From the NCBI RefSeq assembly GCF_006345805.1, contig NC_043001.1, positions 43,276,001 to 43,340,000 of the forward strand: DNA of 64,000 bases, given 5' to 3'. The notes under the pieces were generated by a model, which was given only the letters and a program-made list of their open reading frames with translations, had not been told where the DNA came from and did not search any database. The stretch is from Octopus sinensis. Lineage: Eukaryota. Shown here in pieces: positions 10,914-23,336 of this stretch. How positions within the stretch are numbered: position 1 is the first letter of the stretch; the number at the start of each line of letters is the position of its first letter. Position numbers and translations under genes: made by a program.

Positions 10914-11248
10914 TAATCTTGCAAATATATTTTTCTGAAAGAAGTTAATAAAACCAGAAATATATAAGATATATTTATAAATAAATGAAATGGGTTATTT
11001 ATTAATTTATTTTTAATACAGCAGGAATAATAATGCTTTGGCGCAATGGATTGTCCAGAGTAGAAGAGTATCAGATAAATTGTCTGCAGAACGAGGGGAT
11101 ACCCGAAAGTAACTGGAACTGTTCTCTAGGACAAACCCTTTGTAATTCAAGCTTCCGGTGCTAGAAACCACTTGATGTACCTCAAGCAACAGTCTGCCAA
11201 CCAGTGGCAGCAAGTGAATTCGTATTGCCACCAGGCTTGCCGAACTTG

Positions 11249-11610
11249 GGGATCTTTTCGGTTTGAACAGCAGTTTTTTTAATAATTTCCATGTAACTAA
11301 ACACTTTTAAACTTCGTATACTGGTAGAATGTGTTTATAAAGCATCTTTTCTCTTGGCTTTATTGAGAAAATTCAGATCTTTTCGGTTTGAACGACAGTT
11401 TTTTCTAGCGGTGTCATATGAAATTGTCACCCATAATTATGACCCTAGTATCGATCTATTGCATTTCAATCTGTTTTAGGGTTAGGGGTGGAGGGAAGGG
11501 TATCTTTTTATTCAGAAATGTAAATAAATCTTTAACGAGGGACATATTCATACAGCACAGAATGTTTTCTCCTCAATAGACGTCATTGATTGGTTGAATT
11601 TGAAGAAAAA
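11249..11610. mobile_element. Rearranged copy of the GGATCTTTTCGGTTTGAAC MITE (right half inverted)
   Basis: Two TIRs in the same orientation (11249 and ~11376); both halves match 49512-49925. Confidence 0.8.
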
Positions 11611-12727
11611 AAAAACTATCTTAAACAGAAAAATATGGTATAATAAAAATTTTGAAAATGTATGATTTTTTCAAGCACCTCCATCCCCACTACACACACA
11701 CACACACCTTGTTTATAATTTTAAAATATTGGAGAGCCTGAAAAGGTCATTGCTGGATTTAACAAGTGATTTTAAAAAAGTATGTAAAAGAATTTATTTA
11801 AAAAAATACTTTTCTATTAGTAAATAAGTTTTTTTGTTACGCGCACGCACGGACTCACTTGGTATGGGGGTGAAGGTTTAATAATTTAAATCAGTTTTTG
11901 TTTCTTAAATCCTAGCAATGGGTCACCCTTGGGCTAAACAAAATGTGCTTATGGGGAGAAAAATATTGAAAAGCATCAATACACGTTATCAGAGTGACGA
12001 AGAGACGAGGAAGGTACCTGGTGGTCGTAGGACATGTTAGAAACACCAGTTAAATCCTTCTTAAATCACCCACCTTTCCGTCTGAAAATATTTTCAAAAT
12101 ATTTTTCTTTCGAAATGGCTTCTTCCATCATTTTTAAGTGTGTAGTGCAAAAAGATTGACGAAAATCGGTCCGGAGAAGAGATGAAAAATAATTATAAAT
12201 TTTCAAAAATTTTATTCCTAAAACCCTTCCCCTCAGCATTTACGACGTCCGTGATGAAATAAAAATTGGGAAAATCCAACTTTGTGGGCGTCCTGATCCG
12301 AAATTCCACCTATTAAATATCAAAGTCCCTATCAAACTTAAGGCTTCAAATTTACAACAGAAAGTGATTTCTGGGCAGTAAGCTAACGAAACGTCAACTA
12401 TGCACTGTTCCTGCTCATTACAGCAATAATTAGTACATAAATAGTAAATTATAGCTATGTTGATTGTTCTAGTGCTTACGGTCAAAAGTCGTTGGGCCTG
12501 ACACCGCAAATCCTAATTGAAATATTTTGAAGCTAAATATATTTTAATTGTATCTGTGTATAACTGCTCTGACCGAATTGTAGGTTTTATCTTCGTTCTT
12601 TTACATTTAATTGCGAGACTACAAGCAAATAGAAAACGTAGTGAGCATGTGTAACTCATGCCAAGACATGCACAACGAGATTCTCATACAGAATGAGAGT
12701 GGTAGATAGGCACGTGTGTTGGCTGTC

Positions 12728-12988
12728 ATGGCGCTGAAGAAAGTCAATCTTCGTCTTGATATGTTACATGAAGTTGTACGAAAGCAATTTGAAGGGCTGT
12801 CCAAATGGCAAATAGCCTTGTTACTTGGAGCCCCGGTCACGCTAGGTCTGGCTGGTTTAGTGTATTACAATAAGAAAGGAAAACACGTGAAAAGTGCCAA
12901 GAACAACAACGACCTGAAAATAAACAACTACGCTACATCTCCCAAAACAGAGACCTCGAAGAAAGATACTCCCAAGAAATCAAATGAG
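12728..12988 (+). CDS. TOMM70: TOMM70 exon 1 (mitochondrial import receptor Tom70, N-terminal anchor)
   Basis: MALKK...KWQIALLLGAPVTLGLAGLVYY signal-anchor motif; GAG|gtttgt donor, phase 0. Confidence 0.92.
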
Positions 12989-15171
12989 GTTTGTGTACTT
13001 CTTTTCCCATTACGTAAACAATATCTAATTTTGGTAGTGAGTTTTGTTTAGCTTTCTCTGTTAAGTAGCACATATGGCTTTGTAAGGAAATTGTAACGAA
13101 CCATTTTTCACAATCGTTATTCATTTGGTTTTCTAAATATGCAAATTACGAATTATTTTGTTAGCGATAGTGGTAACACGTCTGCGAGTGATAAAATTAT
13201 ATATATATATGTGTGTGTATACATTCTTGAAATATTCAATCGATAGTAAAGATATCCCCCAAGTGTCACTCATACATATTTCTGGTGGTTAACGAGTTTT
13301 TTTTGTTTCGTTTTCTCCTTTTCCCCCCAATATACACAATTAGCAATGTTTTAATCAGTAATCTGTGACTTGACCTCGACAAGAGTTTCGTGTGACCTCT
13401 GTTCTGGAGCAGATTTAATTATTCACATTGTATTTTACTTTATCTCTAGCGTCTTAAGACTATAAAAGATTAATTTCGAAGTTCACAGTAACTATTCTTA
13501 AACACGGTCTTTAACGAAATTGGGTTGTTAAGCGCCAGGCCGACAGCAGGGTATGATTTGAAAGATTTGGCTGCTATTTCTAGCAGTTTTGTAAACAAAA
13601 CAGCATTTCTTCCCTAAGCTATTTCATATTCTTGATACAAATATCTAAGTAAAATCTCTTGAAACGATAGTTATCTATTAATACGTTTACTTTTATACCG
13701 TACAACTAAACTGAAAGCAAAATATTTCTTGGAATGAATCGAAACAGAACTATTGAATGTGATTGGGAGTACTTCAGAAGAAATAGGTACACAATCTTTT
13801 TGTTTCAAAAATCTAATAGTTTGAAATAAATAATGATTAAAAAAATAAGATGCAATATGCAGCAACCTTAAGTTATGCGATGAAACTATCTGTAATTCAG
13901 TAATTTTTTAAGATAGTGTCAATGCATGTGCGTCTCTCAAGGGCATGAGCGACGAAAGTGAAACGAAATTATTACAGCCAGAAACGAAACCGAAAAAACA
14001 GACTGGAAACACCGGAAGATTTTACTCTGGCACTGGCGAGCGAAATTGATAGAGTTGTGTTTCGATAGCTTTCATGTTTTAGTGAAGTTCTATGTCAAGG
14101 CATGTGATAATGTCCATTATTGCTTTGGCTTGGTTGTGCTGAATAAACCGACAAGTTAGGTATATTTAATTGAATCTGACAGGTGGTTCATAAAAAATTT
14201 TCCCAATAGAAACAGGTTTATCAATCATATATATAACCGTTTCAGAGAATGTGAAAGCCATTATGTTAATTTCTTGAAATGTCACAACAGATCGTGTGTG
14301 AATGAGGGTGGGGGAACTGAATAAATTATTAATCGATAGAATAGTATGGAATTTAGTCAGTGGGATATTGTAGCAATTATATTTTTCAAGTAGATTTTAA
14401 TTACTAGCCTTTTGTTCAACACTGGTTAATAGGCACAATTTAACCCAAATAGTCATATTAGTAGAAGGCTAATGTTTTCAGTTTGTAAGCATTCTGTCAT
14501 TTAAATACTATTCTTGAAAATTTGTTGAATCTATTTTGCAGCGTCGTCAAAAAATCGCGAATGTTTTTTAGTCGGTGCTAAATATAAGAACAATTTACGT
14601 GTCGTACAATATGTTGTTTTACTTGGGACAAGTTTACTTTCATAGAACGCTTGTAGTCGATTGTATCAAAATCTGAAAGATGAATCAATGGAAAATCCAA
14701 AAGCTTCAAGCAGCAAAGAATTTTTTTGATTTTCTGTCGTCTATATACTTTGCTATCTTGGTTTTTGCAAACGAAGATTAGATTACTCTGAAATATTGTG
14801 CAAATCTATTAAAAACACCAGCATGACAAGGGCGCGTTGTAGTCATCCAATGTTTTAGAATATTGATGTAAGTTATAAGAATGTAATAATTATGGAAATG
14901 CCATTGGCATAAGTAATAAGTGCTATTTGCTTTCTTTGCATTTTTGAATTTTGCTCTGATCAAATGAAATCTGTTGATCTTGCTCGTTTTGAGAGTTTGG
15001 ATTTCAAATATAAGATGAAATTTTGCAAATATATTTTTTTCAAAGATTACACTAATTATCTTTACTAAGTTCTTTAGAAGATCCTTCTCCTCGTGGAAAA
15101 CGCACACTAAATAACTTTTGTCATTAATAAACTGATGTTTGGAACATACCATGAAATTTTGATGAAAAATA

Positions 15172-15325
15172 TCAGGCATGGCTGAGTGGTTAAGAAGCTT
15201 GATTCCCAACCACACAGTTTCATATTCTGCTCCACTGCACGGGACATTGAGCATGTGTCTTTTACTATAGCTTTGGGCAAATCAAAGCTTTGTGACTGGA
15301 TTTGGTAGACAGAAACTGAAAGAAG
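15172..15325 (+). mobile_element. SINE family B, 5' half (degenerate)
   Basis: Homologous to the adjacent full copy. Confidence 0.75.
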
Positions 15326-15341
15326 TTAATTTTGTAAACAT

Positions 15342-15752
15342 AGGCGCAGGAGTGGCTGTGTGGTAAGTAACTTGCTTACCAACCACATGGTTCCGGGTTC
15401 AGTCCCACTGCGTGGCACCTTGGGCAAGTGTCTTCTACTATAGCCTCGGGCTGACCAATGCCTTGTGAGTGGATTTGGTAGACGGAAACTGAAAGAAGCC
15501 TGTCGGATATATATATATATGTGTGTGTGTGTGTATGTGTGCGTGTATGTCTGTGTGTCTGTGTTTGTCCCCCTAGCATTGCTTGACAACCGATGCTGGT
15601 GTGTTTACGTCCCCGTCACTTAGCGGTTCGGCAAAAGAGACCGATAGAATAAGTACTGGGCTTACAAAGAATAAGTCCCGGGGTTGATTTGCTCGACTAA
15701 AGGCGGTGCTCCAGCATGGCCGCAGTCAAATGACTGAAACAAGTAAAAGAGT
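15342..15752 (+). mobile_element. Full-length tRNA-derived SINE family B (CORE-like centre, internal (TA)n(TG)n)
   Basis: A box TGGCTGTGTGG, B box GGTTCAGTCCC, CORE-like CCTTGGGCAAGTGTCTT, 3' end GACTGAAACAAGTAAAAGAG; many copies in the window. Confidence 0.9.
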
Positions 15753-16950
15753 ATATAGCAATGTCTTTCGTTTTCAGTCTTCTGTGAAAGCATATCCAAC
15801 AACAGGGAAATATTACCTTATTTAACAAAAAGGGCATCCACAAAATCCATCTGATCCATGCAAGCATGAAAAAATGGACATTAATAATTGTGTGTAGTGT
15901 TTATGACCACTTTAACATGGGTGTTCTCTGGTATTTTAACCTCAGGAAGACATCTCCAACTGATTTATTCAGTGTGCCCTTACACTCAATATTCATTGCA
16001 AGTGAGACCACCAGATCATGAGATTTCGATCTTATTGGATCACTTCAGTGGTGGACACTCGTTTGCCAGGTATGGCATTAGTGTGACCACACTTGCAGTA
16101 TATAGAATACAGTGTCATGCAATCACTGATCTTGTAACTAGCAAACTAGTATCCACCAAACCCACCTCACTGACCATCACTCAGAGCACACTCTCTCCCA
16201 AATTACCTCTATTGCAACCCAACTATACCTCTTGTCTTTATCTCACAACCTGACTTTATACCTCTAGGGTATTCTCTTGCCTTTCTTTTCCTTGTTGCAC
16301 TCATTCACTGTCTCTATTGCCTCCTCATCTACACTGCTTTCATGACATTCACACTCTGTTCTGTCTATTCTGCCTGTCTCTGGTATCCTACAGCAGCTAT
16401 TTCTTGTCCCTCTGCTTCTTTTTCTCTCACTGCCATCTCATCACCCCTTCTTATTTTTCCCCTTCCAGCCTACATGTATGTACCCCCTCACCTCTCTTTC
16501 CTTTGAATCTGGATTTCTCTCCAGCCTAGACTACAGCTTCCTTCCCATCTATCTCTCACATTCTGATGTTTTCCGTATAATGTTGGATAACCCTAGACCC
16601 CACCTCCATACACAACCTACCCTATCACTTTTTCAACTTTATTTCTACCTTTTTATGTCTGGTGCTAATCCCTTGTTGTTTGCTGTACTTGCTCATCCTC
16701 TTTTACTATCCTTCATTCTCACTGAGATCACCCACAATCTCTTCTGTTCTTCCACAGCTGTAGCGGACACTTTGCAAGGTATGACTTAATCATCACTAGT
16801 GCTGGTTCCACAAAAATGTGCCTAATACACCCTTAAGTGACTCGCATTAAGAAGGACATCCGATCATTGAAACTTTGCCAAAGTAGACATTAATGCATAA
16901 AGTAGTCTTCTGATTTGTCAGACCCTGTCAAACTATCCACCCCTATCCCT

Positions 16951-18063
16951 TCTTGTCTTGTCTTGAGACAGCATTCACCCGGGGTGGGTTGAGCTGGCTT
17001 CATTCATCCTCAATGCTGCATCTCTCACAAACGCCGACCAAACCTGGCAATTTGAGGTTAACGACCACGTGATCTCCAACCACTCCTTATTCCAGCGGTG
17101 AATGCCGTAGATATTGGGGCCTAGGTTGGGTTCCAGATCAGCCTTGACTGTCATCAGCCAGGTTTTTCGTTGCCCACCACATCGCTTTCACCAACCCTGA
17201 AGGGGAGCTGGGGCAATTGCTTCGTAGATGAATTCTCCTGGTTGATGTCGGAGGGCATGACCCAGCCAATGCAGACGTCTCGTTAGGATGACTTGTCGGA
17301 GGGAGGTGATTTTGCACTGGTGTCACACCGAATTGTTGGAGACAAAGTGGTGCCATTAGACACGAAGGCTGCGGTGTAGACAGAGGTAATCGAAGGATTC
17401 TAGTCACTTAATATCTTCCACCCTCATCGGCCATGACTTGCTGCCATAAAGGAGAACCGTTCACACTAGTGCTTGGTAGATCCGTACTTTGGTGGTGCAT
17501 TGGATCTCAAATCTTGACCAGAGTCGTGCATTGAGTTGGTTGAAGGCTTGGCAGGCGAGGTCGATTTGTGTTTTAATGTCAGCCTCACCTTGACCTGTAG
17601 CTGTAATGATGGCGCCAAGGTATTTGAAACTCTTAACCTCTTCAAGAATATCACCATTGAGGACAATGGGTGTTTTGTCTGGTGGGGCGAAGCCGGCTGT
17701 GAGGATTTTGGTATTCGAAGCATTGACTTTCATACCAATCTGTGATGCAACACGCTGCAGCTCATTGATAGCAAACTGAACATCAGCAAATGTTTCGCCA
17801 AGTATCGCAATGTCATCTGCGTAGTCTAGATCCTTGATGGAAAAGTTGTGACCAACAGTGACACCGGGGAACTCCCTTAATGCATTTGTGGTGATCCAGT
17901 TGATGGCATAATTGAAAAGAGTTGGTGAAAGAACACATCCTTGCCGAATGCCAGACCGTATTTCAAAGGGTTCCAACACTTCACCGTACATGGAATCTTG
18001 TTGAGCAGTAATAAGCTTTGATAAGATTGAGAAGTTTAGGTGGGATACCATCTGCCTGCATGA
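16951..18063 (-). mobile_element. 5'-truncated RTE/BovB-like LINE with TSD
   Basis: GIRQGCVLSPTLFN and DLDYADDIA RT motifs; (CAAGA)n tail; TSD CCTATCCCT at 16942-16950 and 18064-18072. Confidence 0.92.
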
Positions 18064-18601
18064 CCTATCCCTGAATGGAAGTGAGATGTTAAATGATAAT
18101 TATGAAGGTTACAAAAAAAAAAAAAAGAATCCTGTTCATAAGAAATATAATAAAAATGTATCATATGTTGCTTTGATTCATCATCATTAGTTGATAATAA
18201 TGGCTATTTAATCACTATTGTTTCATTGTCTTGATATCCGGGTGGATTTTTAATAATTTTTTCTCAGATCTTAATTCCAAAAGTTTTGTTATTAATTTTA
18301 GTCTTCATAAAATTGTATGTATGGGCAAAGCTGTACCAGGAAATAAAAACAACCATTCAATCTCTATTTACACAATGGTCCTATGTGTTTAGGAGGGGAA
18401 TATTCATATATTTTGTGGTTTTTCCAAGTGTTTAAGTGACAAAGTAAATTGGCTTTCAACTGGGAATTGAAATTGCATTGCTGTCTCAGCTGGACAGATC
18501 AGAGCTTACCGCCTCTTCTAAGGTACTCTGAACAACATTCAAGCAATGTTGATCAATTACCCTTTTGATACCAACCTGCCTGATGATACAAATTTGTTTA
18601 A

Positions 18602-18805
18602 CCCTTTTGTTACCAGCCCGGCTGGTTCTGAGTACAAATGTCTTGTTTTCATAAGTTTTGAATTAAAATCTTCCACCAAACCTTAGTCACAATTTATGTT
18701 CCTAACACGAGCTTAATGATAACTAAGTTATTTTACTAAATTCTTTGTTTTAAAGTAATTAAAAGAAACACAGAGCATCTCAAAATAAATACAGTAACGA
18801 AAGGG
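18602..18805. mobile_element. piggyBac-like MITE nested in a related MITE (~18558-18911)
   Basis: TTAA|CCCTTTTGTTAC...GTAACGAAAGGG|TTAA; related copy at ~40891-41118. Confidence 0.8.
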
Positions 18806-19216
18806 TTAAAGTGATCTAAATCAAAACATTCCATCAAATTTTCACTTTAATTTACATTCCAAACACCAGGTTTATAATGACAAGAGTATTTTAAGGCAAC
18901 AAGGGGTTTAATGGTATGCAATGGTTGAAAGACTAAATTATTGAACTTAAACCTTGTTACAGCTACTGTGCTAATCTCCTGGGCAGTGAACATATCTTCT
19001 CTTGTATCTCTTTGCATATACTTTTATATACTAAATTTATGTGAAGAAATACAGAATTACGAATTTAACATAGACTATATTTCAAGGATTTCAACATATA
19101 ATGGCTAATTTGGGCTTTACATCAGGCACCTGTTGACTTGATACCATATATATATATATATATAGTATTCACAGAATAACTGTCAGATAAGTTTGAAATT
19201 GAATTTTCTATTTCAG

Positions 19217-19390
19217 ATGTCCAGCACAGAATCTGCTCTTAAGGCAAAAGAAGAAGGTAATGTATTTTTCAAAAGTGGTAAATACAATGAAGCAATTGAG
19301 TCATACACCAAAGCAATTTCTCTGTGTTCAGATAACAAACTGCAACTGGCTACATTTTATCAAAACAGAGCTGCTGCCTATGGTCAACTG
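19217..19390 (+). CDS. TOMM70: TOMM70 exon 2 (TPR clamp)
   Basis: tttcag|; ALKAKEEGNVFFKSGKYNEAIESYTKAI...ATFYQNRAAAYGQL; |gtaagt. Confidence 0.95.
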
Positions 19391-19507
19391 GTAAGTGTAA
19401 TCATTTTTGTCTCTTTAAATGTCTATTATCCCAGATTTTGGTTGAAAATCTTTAATTGGAATTAAAATATCATGTTCATTCATTCATTCTTATATGTGTG
19501 TATGTAT

Positions 19508-20492
19508 CGTCATCATCATCGTTTAATGTTCGCTTTCCATGCTAGCATGGGCTGGATGATTTTGACTGAGGGCTGGCGAACCAGATGGCTGCACCAGGCT
19601 CCAATCTTGATTTGGCAGAGTTCTACAGCTGGATGCTCTTCCTAACGCCAACCACTCCGAGAGTGTAATGGGTGCTTTTTACGGGCCACCGGCATGGGGG
19701 CCAGTCAGGCGGTACTGGCAACGACCTTGCTCGAATCTTTTTACAAATGCCACCAGCACAGGTGCCAGTAAGGTGACGTTGGTAACAATCACACTCGAAT
19801 GGTGCCCTTTTATGTGCCACCGGCACGGAAGCCAGTTGACTGCTCTGGCAATGATCACGCTCGGATGGTGCTCTTAGCACCCTACTAGCACAGGCACAAG
19901 TGCCAGTGAGGCGAGGCTGGTAACGATCACACTCGAATGGTGCCTTTTATGTGCCACAGGCACAGAAGCCAGTTAGCCGCTCTGTCACGATTATGCTTGT
20001 ATGGAGCTCTTTGCACCCGCTAGTATGGATGCCAGTCATTGAATGTGATTTTGATTTCACTTGCCTCAACAGGTCTTCGCAAGCAGAGTTTAGTGTCCAA
20101 GGAAGGAAAAGGTACGCATAGGTGGGCTGGTTACATTCCTGGCATAGGCCACAGGTTATGGTCTCATTTGGCTTGCCGGGTCTTCTCAAGCACAGCATAT
20201 TTCCAAAACTTTCGGTCGCTAGTCATTTCCTTAGTGAGGCTTTATGTTCGAAGGTCGTGCTTCACCACTTCATCCCAGGTCTTCCTGAGTTTACCTCTTC
20301 CACAGGTTCCCTCAACTGCTAGGGTGTGGTACTTTTTCACACAACCATCCTCCTCCATTCTCGCCACATGACCATACCAGTGTAGTTTTCTCTCTTGCAC
20401 ACCACATCTGATGCCTCTTAGGTCCAACATTTCTCTCAAGATACTTACACTCTGTCGAGTATGCACACTGACATTACACATCCATCGGATCA
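19508..20492 (-). mobile_element. RTE-LINE 3' fragment (family C): ORF end, repeat-rich 3'UTR and tail
   Basis: MIRWMCNVS...LHWYGHVARM...GRGK.RKTW plus (GAT)n tail. Confidence 0.9.
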
Positions 20493-20591
20493 TACTATAT
20501 ATTATATTTTGTGAAATTTTATTTAGTATTTTTAAATTGAATATTTCCGTGTAAGTTTGGAATAATATTCCCTCTTGTTATTATTATTATA

Positions 20592-20627
<36 letters not shown>

Positions 20628-20654
20628 GTATATAATATACATATATATGTATAT

Positions 20655-20946
20655 CAGTCTCACTGCGTGGCACCTTGGGCAAGTGTCTTCTACTATAGCC
20701 TCGGGCTGACCAAAGCCTTGTGAGTGGATTTGGTAGACGGAAACTGAAAGAAGCCCATCGTATATATGTGTGTGTTTGTGTTTGTCCCCCCAACATCACT
20801 TGACCACCGATGCTGGTGTGTTTACATCCTCGTAACTTAGCGTACTAGGCTTACAAAGAATAAGTCCTGGGGTCGATTTGCTCGACTAAAGGTGGTGCTC
20901 CAGCATGGTTGCAGTCAAATGACTGAAACAAGTAAGAGTAAAAGAG
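20655..20946 (+). mobile_element. SINE family B, 5'-truncated
   Basis: Homologous to 15342-15752. Confidence 0.85.
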
Positions 20947-20976
20947 ATATATAATATATATATATATATATATATC

Positions 20977-21296
20977 ATGGATGGCTGGGAAGTGCTGCCA
21001 CACCCACCATACTCCCTGATTTGGCACCAATGGATTTCCACCTCTTTCGATCTCTTTCAAATGTTATGCATGGAGTTTCGTTCAATACTGATGCAGAATT
21101 GAGATCTTGGTTGGATCAGTTTTTTGAGTCGAAATCGGGTGATTTCTACCAATGAGGTATTGAAAATCTTGTTGAATGTTGGGAAGAAGTTGTAAACAAC
21201 AAGGGTGAATACATTATTGATTAATTAGTTTGTTTTTTTTTAACCTTTTATAAAATTTAAATTTTAAAAAACGGCAGGAAATTAGTTGCCAGCCTT
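20977..21296 (+). mobile_element. mariner transposase C-terminal fragment with 3' end
   Basis: GWEVLPHPPYSPDLAPMDFHLFRSL...W..V....G.Y motif with an internal stop; TIR-like end followed by TA. Confidence 0.9.
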
Positions 21297-21517
21297 ATAT
21301 ATTTATATATATATATATATATATATATACAGATGTGTGCGTGTAGATGTCCTCTCCTTTACTTGGAAACAACCACAGGAAATGGAAGCTTGCAAAATCA
21401 AACAAAAAGTATATATTTGTGTGTGTGAAATTAAAAATATAAAATTATATGTAAACAATAATAATAAATAGCAATAATGTGTTTTGAATGGCACAACAAT
21501 ACAACAATGCACTATAA

Positions 21518-21715
21518 CAGGGGTGGGCAAACTGCGGCCCGCCATAGGTTTTCATGCGGCCCGCCGAGAGCTTTTATGAATCCCAACTTCTATGCAGATA
21601 CTTCGTAACTGTACGGTAATTCACAATATTTTCACTTGATTTTTATAAATGAGGCCCGCCAAGATTCCAAAGACGCACTGTGCGGCCCGCGATCAAAAAA
21701 GTTTGCCCACCCCTA
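21518..21715. mobile_element. hAT (Charlie-like) MITE
   Basis: TIR CAGGGGTGGGCAAACT / AGTTTGCCCACCCCTA; 8-bp TSD CACTATAA at 21510-21517 and 21716-21723. Confidence 0.92.
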
Positions 21716-21772
21716 CACTATAATAACAACAGTGGGCAGTAATAACTCATGTGATTTAATCATCCATAATCT

Positions 21773-21814
21773 GATATAATATTTCAGAATATAAAAATTC
21801 CTTCTTCAGATATC
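21773..21814 (-). ncRNA. Minimal type I hammerhead ribozyme motif
   Basis: GAUAU-CUGAAGA-A-GGAAU(UUUUAU)AUUCU-GAAA-UAUU-AUAUC: stem I, intact core, stem II, loopless palindromic stem III, AUU cleavage triplet. Confidence 0.65.
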
Positions 21815-23259
21815 CCTAGGGATTGATCAATCAATCTCTAGGGATATCTGAAGTAGGAATTTTTATATTCTGAAATATTATATCAGACTATGGATGATTA
21901 AATTACACCAGTTATTATAGTGCATTGTTGTACCATTCAAAACACATTACTGTTTATTATTATTGTTTACAAACAATACACAATGCTTCAAGCAAACTAC
22001 AATACTCTCTTATAAAATTAGATATTTAAGTATTGTTTTACTTCTGCTTGAAATAGTGTTTTTCTACAATGACTGGCAACATGTTTTGGTGTTGGGGTTG
22101 AATGTCGTCTTGCTCATTTCCTTGTATCAAGTGACAGATCTTTTAAACAATGTTCTTTTTGTTTTGTTTGTTTTTTTTTATTAAAAAATTACCAAATTTA
22201 TTGAAATAAATGAGTGAACACAGAACAACAACAAAAAGAAGTTAATATACACTATTACAATAAAGATTGTTTTTTCTCTGTCCCTTATTTGACACCATCA
22301 GAAGTTTCATTATTTGTATGTGTGTGTGCATGCATACATCTTTGTGTGAACTTCCATCATCACATAACATATTTCGTTTTTGAATTTTATGTCGTTTCTG
22401 TTTGTCTCACACTTTTTGAAAGTTTAAAATTGAGGGAAAACTTTCAAATTTGGTATATTGATGTAATTTTTCATGCTGAATCTGATCTTGTTATTCACTT
22501 GTCCCAGAAAAAGCTGCTTTAAATGTTGCAGAGGTTCAAAGTTTGATTATTTGTGATCTTTAAAAACTATTAGCTTTCTATTATTTATGCTAAAAATGAA
22601 TTTCATTTCCATAATTAGCATACAAAACTACATTAATACACCTAATTTACAATCAATTGGAAAGTGTAGGCCAAACAAAAGCTCCAAAGTTTTTGTTTAT
22701 GTGTTTGGAAATGACAAATATTTGCAGTCTTTTTGTCAAACCACCTGCTGCTCCGGCAGCTGGTATGCAATTCAGTCACTCACTCTATATTTTTATACTT
22801 ACCCTTTCCTCCCACTCATGTTTTCATTTTTTAGTCTCCTTTTGAGTGTGACTGACATTAAACACTTTTATTGTAAGATATGTGACTGTGAATATTTGTG
22901 TGATCTAGTCTTTACCAGCGTGACTGACAAGACACACTCTGTTTTATTAGGTGTGCCTTGAACTGGCATGCAATAAGTAAAGATATCAAATGACTATTTT
23001 ATTTAGATTTATTTGTCTAAAATTAGTTTATAGCTGGTATTGGTGTTGAGAATGTGCAAGAATAGGAGACATGCTGTAGCCTTGACATTAAGGTCATAAG
23101 AACCAAGGTGATATTTTGTATTATGTGAAATAAAAGGAAACAACCTCAGGGCAGCCAAAAGCCATAAAAGTCATTAACATTTAATCCTATTGTACCTAGC
23201 TTAAGTACAATGGGTATATATGTATTCACACTCACATTTCTACACACATATACATATAC

Positions 23260-23262
23260 ACA

Positions 23263-23334
<72 letters not shown>

Positions 23335-23336
23335 CA
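23260..23336. repeat. (GT)n(TA)n microsatellite
   Basis: Seen directly. Confidence 0.95.

Larger units (their letters stand above)
21449..21971. repeat. Large imperfect palindrome with a minimal hammerhead motif in each arm (Penelope-like foldback)
   Basis: Arms mirror around ~21828; the left arm is interrupted by a hAT MITE. Confidence 0.85.

Noticed and set aside
11085-11248. mariner-like left end (CGAGGGGATACCCGAAAGTAAC)
   Set aside because: No matching right TIR or coding sequence; too weak to call.
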